A stretch of 64,000 bases of DNA from Armatimonadota bacterium (GTDB lineage Bacteria; Armatimonadota; UBA10988). Every line of letters begins with the position of its first letter. Within the stretch, counting starts at the first letter, position 1. The translations under genes were made by a program, and so were the position numbers. Under the pieces are notes generated by a model. It worked only from the letters and a program-made list of their open reading frames with translations. It was not told where the DNA came from and searched no databases. The DNA lies in contig JACRKZ010000102.1 of NCBI GenBank assembly GCA_016235455.1, positions 7,744-71,743 of the forward strand. The letters are read 5' to 3'. Shown here in pieces: positions 27,607 through 36,485 of this stretch.

Positions 27607-28064
27607 GTGGTACTGCACCGACAGTGATCAGCCGCCGTGCGGGCCGCAAGCGCCTCACCAGCGCTCTCGGCCTGGGCTGCGTCGTTGCGGCGGTCTGCGG
27701 CCTGGCGGCGAGTCTCTATAACCGCGACCACGACATTGTGCGGCTCGCGCAGGCCATCCTGCCAGCCTTCCTGCCCGCGCTCTCGGCCTTGGTGCCACTG
27801 GTGCTGACCCCGCAGAAGGACGACGATGAGCCGCTACCTGATGGGGCCTTGTCGCTGGCCCTGGGTATCTGCGTCATCTACTCGACCGCCTGGTGTGTGC
27901 TGGCCGCGTGCTCCTACACGCTCGATGATCTCGGAGTCGGGCAGCGGCCCCACTTCGACAGCGCCGTGGCGCTGCTCTCAACCATCGGCCAGTCGGTGGT
28001 GGTCGGCATGGTGGTCACGAGTTTGGGCGGCGCGGCGAAGGCCGTCACTCCGCCGGGCAAGTAG
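27603..28064 (+). CDS. Small integral membrane protein (3-4 predicted TM helices)
   Basis: ATGA overlap with the preceding gene. Hydrophobic segments LGLGCVVAAVCGLAASLY, ILPAFLPALSALVPLVL, LALGICVIYSTAWCVLAA and LLSTIGQSVVVGMVVTSL. Confidence 0.4.
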   Translation: MSGTAPTVISRRAGRKRLTSALGLGCVVAAVCGLAASLYNRDHDIVRLAQAILPAFLPALSALVPLVLTPQKDDDEPLPDGALSLALGICVIYSTAWCVLAACSYTLDDLGVGQRPHFDSAVALLSTIGQSVVVGMVVTSLGGAAKAVTPPGK

Positions 28065-28127
28065 GATCGGCACGGCATGCCTCGCAGGCGCCCGACCTTG
28101 GTATACTGACGCCCAAGGCTCAGGGAC

Positions 28128-30755
28128 TTGCTGATGACCGCCATCACCTTCCTCCAAACCGCCCTGCTCGGCCTGGCCCTGACGCAGCCCGGCGCAGCGA
28201 CAGAAACCCGCCTCTCCGAGCTCGACCTGTCGGGCCTGACCCAGGGCTACGGCTCGCCGCAGGTGGACGTCTCGGCCATGGGCCATGCGCCGGCCAAGTG
28301 GACGCTGCGGCTCGATGGCAAGGCGACCGAGTTCAGAGCGGCGGTCGGCGTGCAGGAGTACGCCGACAACGTCGGCGTCGGCAGCGTCGAGTTTGTCGTG
28401 CTCGGCGACGGACGCGAGCTGTTCCGCTCGGGAGTCATGCGCGGCGGGCAGCCGGCCAAGGACGTCAAGGTCGACCTGACCGGCCTCAAGGAGCTGGTGC
28501 TGCAGGTCACCGACGGCGGCGACGGCAACAGCTCGGACCATGCCGACTGGCTGGAGCCGGTCATCGTCCACAACGGCGCGCCGCTGCCCCTGCCGCCGAC
28601 CGACCCGGTGGTGCCCGACCCGCCCGGCGCGCCGCCCAGCCAGGCCGCCAAGGTCGAGTTCGACGCCGGCCGTGGCACGCTGCGGCTGACCTACAACGGG
28701 GGCGTCCTGCTGGATGCGAAGGTCACCGGCCGGGCCAGACTGGAGCAGCAGGTCAGCGAGGCCAAGGGCGCGGTCACTCAGGTGCTGACACTGACCGGCA
28801 CCGGGCTGAAGCTGGCCGGCAGCGTGCAGGCGGGCGAGCAGTCGCTGGCCGCGGAGACGCGCGGCGAGGCGCAGAAGCGCTTCCCGCTGGTGCGCACCAG
28901 CCATGGCGCCAGCCGGAACCTGCGCAACAACGCCGTCTACGACCGCGCGGGCGACTGGTGCCTGCTGGGCCCGGCCGATGGCTCAACCCGCATCACGCCC
29001 ACCGCGAACCATGCCTACCGGCTGGCGTGCACGGGCGACACCATCCGCCTGACTTTCCAGCCGCGGCTGTATAGCCGGCACCGCAACCTGCCCTACTACC
29101 GGCCCTGGACCTACCGCGTGCGGCAGGATAGCATCACCGGTTGGTGCTCGTGGTGGGCTTACATGCGCGGCTTCCGGCAGACCGACCTGGACGGGCTGCT
29201 GGCGGTCTGGAAGGACAAGCGTCTGGCCGACTACGGCTACCGCTTCATCCAGATCGACGACTGCTTCCAGGGCGGCGAGGATGGCGGCCGGCCCGGCACG
29301 CCCAAGACCAACGGCTACCCCGGTGGTCGGCCCGAGACCTGGCTGAAATGGCGGACGGACGCGTTCCCCGGCGGCCTGACCGGCTATGCCGAGGCCTGCC
29401 GGCAGGCCGGCTTCGAGCCGGGCGTGTGGATCGGCAGCGGCATGGGCGACTTGGGGACCGTCGAGGCTCATCCCGACTGGTTCGTCCACGGGCCGGATGG
29501 CAAGCCATTTGCCGGCGACTGGGTGGGCTTCGCCGTGGACAGCACCATCCCCGCGGCGGCCGACGCCCTGGTGCGACCCATCTACCGCGGGATCCGGCAG
29601 GCCGGCTACTCGTATGTCAAGATCGACACGCTGCGCCATCGGCTGTACGACAACCTGCACCACAACCCCGGCTATTGCGCCGAACGCGGCAAGTCGGCCG
29701 CTGAGATCTTCCGCTCTTACGTGCAGGCCGCGCGCGAGGAACTGGGGCCGGACACGTTCCTGCTGGCCTGCTGGGGCGTGTTGCCCGAGGTCATCGGCCT
29801 GGCCGACGCCTGCCGCATCGGCGGCGACGGCTACGGCCCCGTGACCATGCAGTCGTACAACTCGTTCAACGGCATCGTCTGGCGCAACGACCCCGATCAC
29901 TGCGACGTCTACCCGCGCTTCAAGCCGGCCGAGAGCGGCAACGTGACGCACACCAACGTGGTGACCGCGACCAACAGCGAGACCCTCCTGCGGCCGGCGC
30001 TGGCCTCCATCGCCGGGTGCATGCTGATGCTCAGCGACAAGCCCGAGGTGTATCGCGACGACGCCAACCTGATCGGTGCGCGGCGGGCCTCACCGGTGCT
30101 GTTCTCGGTGCCCGGTCAGCTCTATGACTTCGAGCCGGCCAAGTCCGACAACCTGCGGCGCGGCGCCCGGCTGTCGATCACCTCCGGCGGCCCGCCGGCG
30201 CCGGTCGACGCCGACCAGTTCGGCCCGGTCTGCCCCTGGTGGCTCAACGAAATCGACCGGCCGTTTGAGCATTGGAGCGTGCTGCACCACCTCAACTGGA
30301 CCGACCGCCCCATGACGGCGACCACCGTCGCGCTGGCCGACCTGGGCCTCGACGCCGACCGCGACTACCTGGTCTACGAGTTCTGGTCGCAGCGCTTCGT
30401 GGGCAGCGTGCGCGGCAGCCTGGCCGTGCCGGAGCTGGCCGCTCAAGGCCTGGCCAGCTACGCGCTGCGCGAACGGCTCGACCGGCCGCAGTTGCTCAGC
30501 ACGAGTCGCCACCTGACCCAGGGCGGCGTCGACCTGCTGGCGGTGAACTGGCGCGGCAAGACCCTCTCTGGTAGCAGCAAGGTCGTGGCTGGTGACCGCT
30601 ACGAACTGGTGCTCCACGCGCCGGCCGGCTTCACGCTCGCCGCGGCAACGATCGCCGACAAGGCCGCCGAGGCCAAGACCGACGGCGAGGTGCTGCGCGT
30701 GGCCTTCACACCGACCGCCACCGGCACGGTAGCGTGGTCCGTGAGCTTCCACTGA
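28128..30755 (+). CDS. Alpha-galactosidase-like glycoside hydrolase (GH27/GH36 clan) with N-terminal NPCBM domain
   Basis: The N-terminal domain (GSVEFVVLGDGRELFRS ... LVLQVTDGGDGNSSDHADWLEPVI) matches the NPCBM/NEW2 carbohydrate-binding module. The central region has YRFIQIDDCFQ (melibiase-type IDDxW/F motif). 875 aa with a signal peptide. Confidence 0.65.
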   Translation: MLMTAITFLQTALLGLALTQPGAATETRLSELDLSGLTQGYGSPQVDVSAMGHAPAKWTLRLDGKATEFRAAVGVQEYADNVGVGSVEFVVLGDGRELFRSGVMRGGQPAKDVKVDLTGLKELVLQVTDGGDGNSSDHADWLEPVIVHNGAPLPLPPTDPVVPDPPGAPPSQAAKVEFDAGRGTLRLTYNGGVLLDAKVTGRARLEQQVSEAKGAVTQVLTLTGTGLKLAGSVQAGEQSLAAETRGEAQKRFPLVRTSHGASRNLRNNAVYDRAGDWCLLGPADGSTRITPTANHAYRLACTGDTIRLTFQPRLYSRHRNLPYYRPWTYRVRQDSITGWCSWWAYMRGFRQTDLDGLLAVWKDKRLADYGYRFIQIDDCFQGGEDGGRPGTPKTNGYPGGRPETWLKWRTDAFPGGLTGYAEACRQAGFEPGVWIGSGMGDLGTVEAHPDWFVHGPDGKPFAGDWVGFAVDSTIPAAADALVRPIYRGIRQAGYSYVKIDTLRHRLYDNLHHNPGYCAERGKSAAEIFRSYVQAAREELGPDTFLLACWGVLPEVIGLADACRIGGDGYGPVTMQSYNSFNGIVWRNDPDHCDVYPRFKPAESGNVTHTNVVTATNSETLLRPALASIAGCMLMLSDKPEVYRDDANLIGARRASPVLFSVPGQLYDFEPAKSDNLRRGARLSITSGGPPAPVDADQFGPVCPWWLNEIDRPFEHWSVLHHLNWTDRPMTATTVALADLGLDADRDYLVYEFWSQRFVGSVRGSLAVPELAAQGLASYALRERLDRPQLLSTSRHLTQGGVDLLAVNWRGKTLSGSSKVVAGDRYELVLHAPAGFTLAAATIADKAAEAKTDGEVLRVAFTPTATGTVAWSVSFH

Positions 30756-30771
30756 TGCCAAGCGCTCATTC

Positions 30772-30845
30772 GATCCACAGATGACACAGATGCCACAGAT
30801 CACGGACCCGACAATCTGTGTAATCTGTGTAATCTGTGGATGATC
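30772..30845. repeat. Extragenic palindromic element, copy A (3x CACAGAT heptamers, spacer, 3x ATCTGTG)
   Basis: gatccacagatgacacagatgccacagat cacggacccgaca atctgtgtaatctgtgtaatctgtggatgatc. A long imperfect hairpin with 9-nt periodic heptamers. Confidence 0.8.
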
Positions 30846-30874
30846 ATCCACCCAACAGTCTGGAGAGAAACCGC

Positions 30875-31567
30875 ATGCCCCAGCTCAGCCGTTCAGTCAT
30901 CAATGCCGCCATCGAGCAGGCCAAGGCGACGTTTGCCCAGTTTGGCATCGCCTTGCCGCCGTTCGCCTTCTGGACGCCCGAAGACTGGGCCACCAAGGGC
31001 CCGGAGTGCGATGAGATCCGGCACTGCATGTTGGGCTGGGATGTGACCGACTTCGGCAGCCAGCGGTTCGAGCAGATCGGCCGCACGCTGTTCACACTGC
31101 GCAATGGCACGACGCGGCACCTGGGCTATGCCAAGACGTATGCCGAGAAGCTGCTGTTCGACCCCGAGATCCAGCGTGCGCCGGCGCACTTCCACCGCTC
31201 TAAGATGGAGGACATCTGCTGCCGCGCGGGCGGCAACATGCTGGTGCAGCTCACTGCCGCCACACCCGACGGCCAACCGAGCGACCAGCCGCTGACGATC
31301 AAGGTCGACGGCGTGGCGCTGAGCGTGCGGCCGGGCGGCATTGTGCGGCTGCGGCCGGGCATGAGCGTGAACATCCCGCCGCGTACCATCCATCAGTTCT
31401 GGGGCGAGGAGGGCACCGGCCTGACCGTCAGCTCCGAGGTGTCGAGCGTCTGCGACGACTGGAATGACAACGCCTTCCTGGAGCCGGCCGAGCGCTTCCC
31501 CAGCCTGATCGAGGATGCGCCGCGCGTGCACTACCTGTGCCACGAGTATCCGGCGGCGAGTGCGTGA
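30875..31567 (+). CDS. D-lyxose/D-mannose ketol-isomerase (cupin family)
   Basis: ORF 30836..31567 trimmed to MPQLSRSVINAAIEQAKATFAQFGIALPPFAFWTPEDW...DEIRHCMLGWDVTDFG, matching the conserved N-terminal region of D-lyxose isomerases. Confidence 0.65.
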   Translation: MPQLSRSVINAAIEQAKATFAQFGIALPPFAFWTPEDWATKGPECDEIRHCMLGWDVTDFGSQRFEQIGRTLFTLRNGTTRHLGYAKTYAEKLLFDPEIQRAPAHFHRSKMEDICCRAGGNMLVQLTAATPDGQPSDQPLTIKVDGVALSVRPGGIVRLRPGMSVNIPPRTIHQFWGEEGTGLTVSSEVSSVCDDWNDNAFLEPAERFPSLIEDAPRVHYLCHEYPAASA

Positions 31568-31585
31568 CGCTCCGGCCGGGCTATG

Positions 31586-31655
31586 ATCCACAGATTATGA
31601 AGATTACACAGATTGGCAGGTCCGCAATCTGTGTGATCTGCGTAATCTGTGGATT
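31586..31655. repeat. Extragenic palindromic element, copy B
   Basis: gatccacagattatgaagattacacagat tggcaggtccgca atctgtgtgatctgcgtaatctgtggat. The right arm overlaps the stop codon (tta at 31654-31656) of the convergent DUF1801 gene. Confidence 0.8.
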
Positions 31656-32025
31656 ATGACTTCGGCTTCTTGTCGGCCAGTTCGGCCAGCCGTAGCGTGA
31701 TGACCTTCTCCACGAGTTCCTCGGGCAAGGGCTCGTCGGGCGGGAAGCGGATGGTGCCCTCGCTGGTCGAGTAGCCGGCCAGGTCGTCGGCCAGCGACTT
31801 GATCACCGCGCGGCTCATGGGATAGAGCGCGCAGTGGTGCTTGGCGGCGCCGAAGCAGACCAGCAGCCGGCCCTGCCAGCGGAAGGCGGGCAGTTGATAG
31901 CTGATGCCCTCGGTCACCTCGGGCACCAGCTCACTCACCGTCGCTCGCAGGTGTTGCAGCGTGCGGCGTTTGTCGCTGGGCAGCGTGTCCAGATAGCCGT
32001 CGATGGGGCTGGGTGCGTCGATCAT
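31654..32025 (-). CDS. DUF1801-domain protein (YdhG-like)
   Basis: MIDAPSPIDGYLDTLPSDKRRTLQHLRATVSELVPEVTEGISYQLPAFRW fits the DUF1801 N-terminal pattern. 123 aa. Confidence 0.55.
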   Translation of the reverse strand: MIDAPSPIDGYLDTLPSDKRRTLQHLRATVSELVPEVTEGISYQLPAFRWQGRLLVCFGAAKHHCALYPMSRAVIKSLADDLAGYSTSEGTIRFPPDEPLPEELVEKVITLRLAELADKKPKS

Positions 32026-32051
32026 CGGGGTGCCTCACCGATATGGTGGGT

Positions 32052-33251
32052 TCACTCCGGGCCGGCGTCAGCCTCGGTGTCGGGTCGCGGTATGGCGGCG
32101 CCTGGCACACCTGCCGCCAGCAGCGCCTGCTCGATGTGGTCGGCGGCCAGTTGGTAGTCCTCGCCGACGGCCAGGATGGAGCGGGCCACTGCCTCGCGCA
32201 CCTCGGTCTGGGCCAGACGGGCGATGTCTTTCTCCTCACCGGGCGCCACGCCGTGTAGCACGGCGCTGTGTTGCAGCGCGGCGACCGCGGCGCGCAGTTG
32301 TTTGGCCATAACCGGCTCGGCCAGCGCGGCGTCGGCCAGGAAGGCCGTGACTCCGCCGCGCTCGACCTGCATGGTCATGCCGTCCCAGTGGCTGTGGAGC
32401 CGTTCCAGCAGCACCTTGGGGTCGTCGGGGAAGAAGTCGTTGGCGCGCATGTCCGCCGCCCAGGCCTCGAACGCGGCCGGGCCGGCGGCATGCCTGCCCA
32501 CGCGCCGCTCGCGCAGTACCTGGACCAACCAGAGCAGCGTATCGCGCCGCAGCTCCGCGGCGGCCGGCGGCGCGGTCTGCTCGCCCAGCAGTAGCAGGGC
32601 GTGGGTGGAGGGGTACCAGTTGCGCAGCCGGAAGTGCCCCGACGGCTCGGTCTCGGCCTTCTCCTCGTCCTGGAAGGTGTTCCAGCCGAGCAGCACCGCG
32701 CCGCCCTCGTCGTAGCCACAGATGACGCAGGCCTCCGGCGGGCCGATGACGCCGAAGGCGATGACCGGGCGGCCCCGGTCGATGCTGTCCACGATGCGGC
32801 GGCGGAAGCCCGACTCATCGGTCGACTCGCCACCAAGCCGGCGCGTGTCGGCCACCAGGATGTCTTCGGGCCAGGCGCCCGGCGCGGCCTTGGCCACCGC
32901 CTGCATGGTCCATCCAGCCGAACGGAACGCCCGGCGCATGGGCTCTAGCGTCTGGCGGGCCATGTGCAGAATGTCGCTGTTGCCGCCGTCCCAGGCTCGT
33001 GCCGACCAGGCCAGCCGTACGCCCGCACCCGACATGGCCATCAGCCGGTCGTACTGCTCGCGCTGACCGACGAACTGCAGGCACGCGTCGAGCGCGTTGC
33101 AGAACGCGGCAAACCGCCAGCGGTCGGTGTGCCACGACACGCGCCGCACGCCCTCCAGCAGCCGCCGCCCAGGCGGCGCGGTGGGTTGGGCCGAGGCTCC
33201 CGCGCCCAGCAGCACGACAAGCGTGACCGCCACCGTGTGCCTTGCCACCAT
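32052..33251 (-). CDS. Secreted hypothetical protein (399 aa)
   Basis: Signal peptide MVARHTVAVTLVVLLGAGASAQ. No confident family. Codon-usage-consistent long ORF. Confidence 0.45.
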   Translation of the reverse strand: MVARHTVAVTLVVLLGAGASAQPTAPPGRRLLEGVRRVSWHTDRWRFAAFCNALDACLQFVGQREQYDRLMAMSGAGVRLAWSARAWDGGNSDILHMARQTLEPMRRAFRSAGWTMQAVAKAAPGAWPEDILVADTRRLGGESTDESGFRRRIVDSIDRGRPVIAFGVIGPPEACVICGYDEGGAVLLGWNTFQDEEKAETEPSGHFRLRNWYPSTHALLLLGEQTAPPAAAELRRDTLLWLVQVLRERRVGRHAAGPAAFEAWAADMRANDFFPDDPKVLLERLHSHWDGMTMQVERGGVTAFLADAALAEPVMAKQLRAAVAALQHSAVLHGVAPGEEKDIARLAQTEVREAVARSILAVGEDYQLAADHIEQALLAAGVPGAAIPRPDTEADAGPE

Positions 33252-33278
33252 GATGTTCCCCTGCCCAGCGGTCGCGGC

Positions 33279-36200
33279 TCAGTGGCCAGCCGCCTTCCGC
33301 CAGTCCGGAATGCTCACCGGCTTGGTCACCACCGGCCAGCTGGCGCGGAAGTCGTCGTCATAGAGCCCGATCTCGTCGATGGGAATGGGCTTGAAGCCGA
33401 CCTTGGCCAGCAGCTCGCTCTTGGCCTTGAGGTCGTAGTCGCCGGCCTCAGGGTTCACGAACCCTGGATTCGCCTCGGGCCATTCGCCGTTCTCGATGAG
33501 ATCGTAGCCGGCGCGGTTGCCGCGGACCATGTCGCCGCTGCGGTAGAAGACATTGCGCCACAGGTAGTTGATGCCTGGCGGCTTGAGCATGGTCTTCATC
33601 TCTGGGTAGCGCTCCTGGTAGAGCGGGTTGTTGATGTAGGCGGCCGGCGGCGTGGCCTGCGCCATCTGCACCCAGCAGGAGTTGCCGGCGTGCCAGCCGC
33701 CACTGACGCCCTGCTTGCAGTCGACAAACAGGTTGTTGTCCATGATGTTGTCACGGCCGCTGTTGATCTGCACGGCGCCGAAGTTGCCGTTGGCGCTGCG
33801 GATGAACACGTTGCCGTAGACCACCATGCCGCTGATGGCGTCGTCGAAGCGGATCGCCGCCTGGCCGTGCACCGCCGCGCCGGGCTTGTCCTTGCCGCAG
33901 TTCTCAAAACGGTTGTACCGGAAGATCACCCCGCGGTAGGTCGGGTTGCCGAACAGCTCCATCGCGCCCTGGTCGTCGCTCTCGCGTACCGCCGAGTGGA
34001 CGTCGTTGTACTCGATTAGGTGGTCGTTGCCCTCGATGCGCATGACGCTGCTCGGGCAGTCGTACATGAGGTTGTGCGCCACGCGGTTGCCCACGCCCTC
34101 AAGCTGGATGGCCGGCGTGTAGGTACGGTCGATGCGGCCGAAGTTGTGTATCTGGCAGTTCTCGACGAAATGCTGGCCCGGCGTCAGCGTCGCGCGGTCG
34201 CCGCCGATGACTTCCGTGGCGCGGCGGCCGATGGTGTGGATGTCACACCCATAGATGCCGTCGGCCGTGCCGCCGTTGATGGTGATGCCGTTGCCGGCCA
34301 GTCGGCTGACGGTGCAGCCGGCCACCAGCGCGCGGTTGCAGTTGGTCAGCACGAGCCCGTTGGACCGGCCCAGGTCGAAGGTCAGGCCCTCGAACCGCAG
34401 GTCGTTGACGCTGTCGGCGGTGACCATCGGCGTGGCCAGCAGGCCCACCTCCACCGTGGCACCGGCCAGGTCGGTCGGCGGGTAGAGGTAGAGCACACCC
34501 GACTTGCGGTCCAGGTAGTACTCGCCCGGTTGGTCGATCTCTTCGAGCAGGTTGAAGGCGTAGTACTGGATGCCCTGCCCTGGGTCCATGCCCGGCCCGC
34601 CATACTGGTAGGCCTCGTTGCAGGTCATGGTCTTGGTCGCGGGATCGATCTTGGAGACCTTGATGGTCGCGTCGGCCCACAGGTAGCGGAAGTAGCCGAA
34701 CAGCCAGGCGTCGTCGGCCTGCGTCCAGCGCGCATGACGGTCGTCCAGGTACTCGAAGACCGACGGCTTCTTCTGTCCGCGGTCGCCGCGTTCGGTCAGC
34801 TTGCCGATGCCCACGAAACCCTCATTGGGCCAGCGTGCCGGCGTCAGCGCCCGGCCATTGACGAACACCTCCAGCGTCGGCGGCGAGTCGGGCTGGCCGA
34901 AGCCGCGGACGGCGAGTTGGCCATACTCGGTGATGCCTTGTTCCTTCAGATCGCAGCGCATGACCTTGCCGCGGCTGGCCTCGGGCAGGCGCGCGGTGAT
35001 GGCCGCGTCGGTCACGGGGCCGAAGCCGGTCAGGCGCTGGCCGCCATACAGCCGCGTCTTGCCGGGCTGCGAGGCGCGGTAGACCGTGGGGCCGCTGTCG
35101 GTGCCCGAATCCGGCGCGGTCAGCGCCAGCGGGCCGGTGACCCGGTATTCGCCCGGCAGCAGCGTCACGGTCACGGCGCCCTTGACGCCCCGAGCGCGCT
35201 GTGCCCGCACCAGGTCGCGCGCGCGGGTCAGGCTGGCCACGGGCTTGGCCACGCCGTTGGCGGCATCGTCGCCCGTGGGCGAGACGATGATCTCGGCCTC
35301 GAACTTGGTCACTGCGTCGGGCGTGTGGCGGGACGACAGCGGGTTGTGGCCCGGCAGGCCCTTGCCCTCGCGCTCGATCTCGCGCGCGCACGCCAGCGCC
35401 TCGTCGCGATGGACCTGCGGGTACTCGACGTTGTTCGCGATGTCGTTGTAGACGTTCTGAGCCTCTTTGGCCTTGCCCTGGGCCACCCAGGTCTGCGCCG
35501 AGCGCAGGTGGGCGTAGCTGCGCAGCGGCGCCGGCAGCTCCTTGGTGGCGATGAGCGCCACGCAAGCGCGGCGCACGGCGGTGTAGTCGCCGCGAGCCCA
35601 GTCATCGTGCGATTTGGCGAAGTCCTGCATGAGCGCCTCCCGCCGTTCGGCGGCGGCCGCCTCGGGCGAGATGATCACGCCGAAGGTCTTTTGCAGCCGG
35701 TCGAACTCGGCCTTGGCATCGGCCCGGGTCAGCGCTCGGCGGTAGACCTTAGCCTCGTCCATCAGGCCCATGTAGTTGTGCCAGCCGTTGCCCAGGGTCA
35801 GCTCGCCGCCCACCGAGAAGTCACCGCTCCAGCCCGCGGGCAGCGTCGAGCCGCCCTGGTTGAAGCCGTTGAGGAACACGTCGACGCGACCCTTGGCACG
35901 ATCCACGCTGAGCACCAGGTGCGCCCACTCGCCGACCTTGAGGCCCATGGCACCGCCGCCGCCGGTCGAGGCCACCTTGCCATCGGCGCCCTTGTAGCAG
36001 AAGTAGTAGTTGGGCGTGCCGTTGGCCATCAAGTCGAGCACGAGGTACGCATCGGGATACGTACCGCAGCCGAAGATGCGCCGCTGGTTCTGGGCGTCGG
36101 CGATGTCGAACCTGGTGGGCTTGAGCCACAAGCTCACGCTCCACGAGCCCTTGCCGAAGCGCTGGTTGTCAGGCAGCTTGACGCTGACCACGCTGGCGCC

Positions 36201-36410
36201 GGTGCCGTCGCACGACAGCGCCTGGCCCGAGGGCGACGCGACCAGCGTGCCACTCGTGGTGCCGTCGAGCTTGTTGGGCGAGCGGTCGGCGATGACCCGG
36301 CCCGCGGGCTCATCGAACGTGTAGTGCAGCAGCAGGCCATCCTGGGCCCAGAGCACCGCCTGGCTGACCATCAGCGCCAGACAACCCAACAGCATACGAC
36401 GTGCGGACAT
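33279..36410 (-). CDS. Secreted LamG-domain plus right-handed parallel beta-helix protein (polysaccharide hydrolase/lyase-like)
   Basis: Signal MSARRMLLGCLALMVSQAVLWAQ. LamG_3 domain ends in LMDEAKVYRRALTRADAKAEF. The central beta-helix repeats (NGITINGGTADGIYGCDIH, RFENCGKD) follow. Shares YY..N..E....PGE.YLDR..G.L.Y.P with the beta-helix protein at 43484..46225. Confidence 0.6.
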   Translation of the reverse strand: MSARRMLLGCLALMVSQAVLWAQDGLLLHYTFDEPAGRVIADRSPNKLDGTTSGTLVASPSGQALSCDGTGASVVSVKLPDNQRFGKGSWSVSLWLKPTRFDIADAQNQRRIFGCGTYPDAYLVLDLMANGTPNYYFCYKGADGKVASTGGGGAMGLKVGEWAHLVLSVDRAKGRVDVFLNGFNQGGSTLPAGWSGDFSVGGELTLGNGWHNYMGLMDEAKVYRRALTRADAKAEFDRLQKTFGVIISPEAAAAERREALMQDFAKSHDDWARGDYTAVRRACVALIATKELPAPLRSYAHLRSAQTWVAQGKAKEAQNVYNDIANNVEYPQVHRDEALACAREIEREGKGLPGHNPLSSRHTPDAVTKFEAEIIVSPTGDDAANGVAKPVASLTRARDLVRAQRARGVKGAVTVTLLPGEYRVTGPLALTAPDSGTDSGPTVYRASQPGKTRLYGGQRLTGFGPVTDAAITARLPEASRGKVMRCDLKEQGITEYGQLAVRGFGQPDSPPTLEVFVNGRALTPARWPNEGFVGIGKLTERGDRGQKKPSVFEYLDDRHARWTQADDAWLFGYFRYLWADATIKVSKIDPATKTMTCNEAYQYGGPGMDPGQGIQYYAFNLLEEIDQPGEYYLDRKSGVLYLYPPTDLAGATVEVGLLATPMVTADSVNDLRFEGLTFDLGRSNGLVLTNCNRALVAGCTVSRLAGNGITINGGTADGIYGCDIHTIGRRATEVIGGDRATLTPGQHFVENCQIHNFGRIDRTYTPAIQLEGVGNRVAHNLMYDCPSSVMRIEGNDHLIEYNDVHSAVRESDDQGAMELFGNPTYRGVIFRYNRFENCGKDKPGAAVHGQAAIRFDDAISGMVVYGNVFIRSANGNFGAVQINSGRDNIMDNNLFVDCKQGVSGGWHAGNSCWVQMAQATPPAAYINNPLYQERYPEMKTMLKPPGINYLWRNVFYRSGDMVRGNRAGYDLIENGEWPEANPGFVNPEAGDYDLKAKSELLAKVGFKPIPIDEIGLYDDDFRASWPVVTKPVSIPDWRKAAGH

Positions 36411-36485
36411 GCGCGGCTCCCGTGATGGCGGGGACTTCGACACGGGGCGCGCGGTTCCTTCCGCCGGTGCGCAGGTGCTTCTGGG

